DNA of 64,000 nucleotides, from contig OZ038379.1 in assembly GCA_964036045.1 (NCBI GenBank), forward strand, positions 6,138,001-6,202,000, read 5' to 3'. A model generated the notes under the pieces. That model was not told where the DNA came from, made no database searches, and saw only the letters and a list, made by a program, of their open reading frames with translations. Source of the stretch: Eutreptiella sp. 'Long Island Sound 2002'. Lineage: Eukaryota > Protista > Euglenida. Below, in pieces: positions 61,153 through 64,000 of the stretch (within the stretch, counting starts at the first letter, position 1; each line of letters begins with the position of its first letter). The position numbers and the translations under genes were made by a program.

Positions 61153-62104
61153 TACTTCTATAGACTCACCTGTAGTGTGGTGTGAGGGAACACAATTTGA
61201 TTGAGAGGAGCACCCCTCATCAGACTTCGAGCTTTACAATGCTGGATATAGAAAGCCTCTAATTATACAATATAGATCATCACCATTGCAACATGCAATG
61301 GATTTTCGCCAAGACTGCAAGAAATCTCGCCTTTCTAATCCCAAGAACAAACGCATGAGTACCGGGACTTTCAAAATCCAGAGAATGCATCAATCTTGCC
61401 TAATCCCCCACTCAAACATCTTCGTGCATCCTCCCCGGCTCCATCGCTTGATGGTCCCCACTACCCACTACTACCCTAGACGACACAAGCTAAGTGAGTC
61501 TCTGAAACCAGTTCATCCATGTGATCTGCACATTACATGATATGGATGCATTGATAATGAGATTTCCGGTTGGCCCATATCAGAGAATATTTTGCAAGCC
61601 CCCTTTCGCCTGCAAGATTGAGGTGCTGTAGTGTTGCCCCAAGGTCGGGCTTGGGTTTGATTTGTGCGTTAAACAAGGTTAGTCTTCTGCGGGCTCCATT
61701 CACTCTTATTCAGGTTAACAAGCAGCCCGATGCGAAAACGGCCGATCATCCTTGTCCACAATGTGGCGAACATGTCCGGAGCCGCTGGGTGAAGAATGAG
61801 GTGCATTGTTGGCAGCATGCGCCACAGCAAATACAAACAAGGAAGCGTGAACGCAAAGAAGATGATCAGGAGGATGATGCCAAATCCCCAAAAGTATTGT
61901 CTCGTTGCAATCAGGCATTGCTCGCTTTTTAGCGATTGAAACAAGGCTATTTCGTTGCATCACTTCATTGCAGCGTAGAACCGCAAGCTTTATGTTCTCC
62001 TCACCTATGAAGCCGTTCGACCGTAACGATTTGGAGCATCCTCCCAAGGTGATTGTATGTTTTTTCTTCCGAAGAAGTCCAAACGTTGAAAGTTACAAAT
62101 TCAT

Positions 62105-62941
62105 CTAATACCTCTTTTCCCACGTCGTGTTTCGGTTTGGAGTCCCCGTATGCAGTGGTTGTCTTCTAACAAGTGCTTGCATTTTGCTGTGCTGCGCATG
62201 ATCATCGAAGCGGTGAGTAATCCTCCATATGTCGTTAGCCAGCCGCAAAACACCTCCAATACTTCCGCACCGGGTCTTGCCAACACCACTGTCACTACCA
62301 CCGGCAACAAAGCTTCCACAAGACATATCCCGGTTGCTGCTGCCACAATTGCTTCTACCATCAGCACCACCAATGCCACCGTGAACACTAGCCAAGGAGT
62401 TGCTAGCACAGGGGCATGGCGGAAAGGAAGCGGGCCGCATGACCTGTCCTGGAGCCACCGAAGAGTAGTGTCCACGGTTCAGGGACCCGCTACCATCTTC
62501 ATTTAGGCTGGAGCAGTGGCAAAGTGTGATGGCTGAACCATGTGCATGGGAAGAGCCCTCAGGGAGTGAATATAGTAGCACCCCACTCACTGCATTAGAA
62601 AGAACACTAATCGGGCGGCCCACCATGTGCGCCAAGAGCCTTAGCTCAACATCTCCTCCATACTTGCCAGGAGGGTCAATGTTGTCTTTCACATATTGGA
62701 CTAGATCCGGTGCATTGTGGCCTTCTATTGCAAAGACAACGCCCCCAAACAAATGCAAGTTGTTGATCGCAAACGACACCAAGTCCTCTCGGAGCTCCTT
62801 GGCACCCTCCATGTACTGTTCCTCCAACACATAGTATGTCCACCTTGTGCCCACACTTGCATCTTGACTATGTGTTCAAATGTCAGCTTGTCATAGTGGA
62901 CCGGCAGTGAACGACAACAATGCTGCTACACAATTCATATC
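62105..62941 (-). pseudogene. OTU-like cysteine protease remnant (unit 4)
   Basis: Same motifs, offset by 1789 bp. Confidence 0.65.
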
Positions 62942-64000
62942 TACTTCTATAGACTCACCTGTAGTGTGGTGTGAGGGAACACAATTTGATTGAGAGGAGC
63001 ACCCCTCATCAGACTTCGAGCTTTACAATGCTGGATATAGAAAGCCTCTAATTATACAATATAGATCATCACCATTGCAACATGCAATGGATTTTCGCCA
63101 AGACTGCAAGAAATCTCGCCTTTCTAATCCCAAGAACAAACGCATGAGTACCGGGACTTTCAAAATCCAGAGAATGCATCAATCTTGCCTAATCCCCCAC
63201 TCAAACATCTTCGTGCATCCTCCCCGGCTCCATCGCTTGATGGTCCCCACTACCCACTACTACCCTAGACGACACAAGCTAAGTGAGTCTCTGAAACCAG
63301 TTCATCCATGTGATCTGCACATTACATGATATGGATGCATTGATAATGAGATTTCCGGTTGGCCCATATCAGAGAATATTTTGCAAGCCCCCTTTCGCCT
63401 GCAAGATTGAGGTGCTGTAGTGTTGCCCCAAGGTCGGGCTTGGGTTTGATTTGTGCGTTAAACAAGGTTAGTCTTCTGCGGGCTCCATTCACTCTTATTC
63501 AGGTTAACAAGCAGCCCGATGCGAAAACGGCCGATCATCCTTGTCCACAATGTGGCGAACATGTCCGGAGCCGCTGGGTGAAGAATGAGGTGCATTGTTG
63601 GCAGCATGCGCCACAGCAAATACAAACAAGGAAGCGTGAACGCAAAGAAGATGATCAGGAGGATGATGCCAAATCCCCAAAAGTATTGTCTCGTTGCAAT
63701 CAGGCATTGCTCGCTTTTTAGCGATTGAAACAAGGCTATTTCGTTGCATCACTTCATTGCAGCGTAGAACCGCAAGCTTTATGTTCTCCTCACCTATGAA
63801 GCCGTTCGACCGTAACGATTTGGAGCATCCTCCCAAGGTGATTGTATGTTTTTTCTTCCGAAGAAGTCCAAACGTTGAAAGTTACAAATTCATCTAATAC
63901 CTCTTTTCCCACGTCGTGTTTCGGTTTGGAGTCCCCGTATGCAGTGGTTGTCTTCTAACAAGTGCTTGCATTTTGCTGTGCTGCGCATGATCATCGAAGC

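Larger units (their letters stand above)
55258..64000. repeat. 1789-bp tandem array (macrosatellite), continuing past the window end
   Basis: CCCAAGGTG landmarks at 55285, 56675, 58465, 60254, 62043 and 63832 (spacings 1390, 1790, 1789, 1789, 1789). The last units differ by only a few substitutions. Confidence 0.97.

Overview
This window looks like repeat-saturated eukaryotic nuclear DNA. The 29-aa LRR style recalls euglenid protists, but that is an unverified impression. I found no rRNA, tRNA or CRISPR array. Main contents: (1) Six + strand insertions of one non-LTR retrotransposon family. The longest (46742-53132) is a 5'-truncated, pseudogenised APE-RT-CCHC-RNase H element. It carries an extra conserved 642-bp ORF downstream of pol, a (GA)n tract, and a structured 3' end that stops at ...GTTGCCTCATGG with no poly(A). 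(2) Two small PIF/Harbinger-like elements with AAA target duplications; one carries DDE, Zn-finger and adenine-methyltransferase fragments. (3) A 19-repeat LRR ORF with a decayed tail. (4) Related 52/104/86-bp satellites plus 13-bp and 62-bp tandem repeats. (5) A ~4-kb duplicated block. (6) A 1789-bp tandem array, running off the window end, whose unit holds an OTU-like protease remnant. Differences between repeat copies repeatedly involve CCAG/CTGG versus CTAG. All domain calls come from motif recognition by eye; no database search was run.
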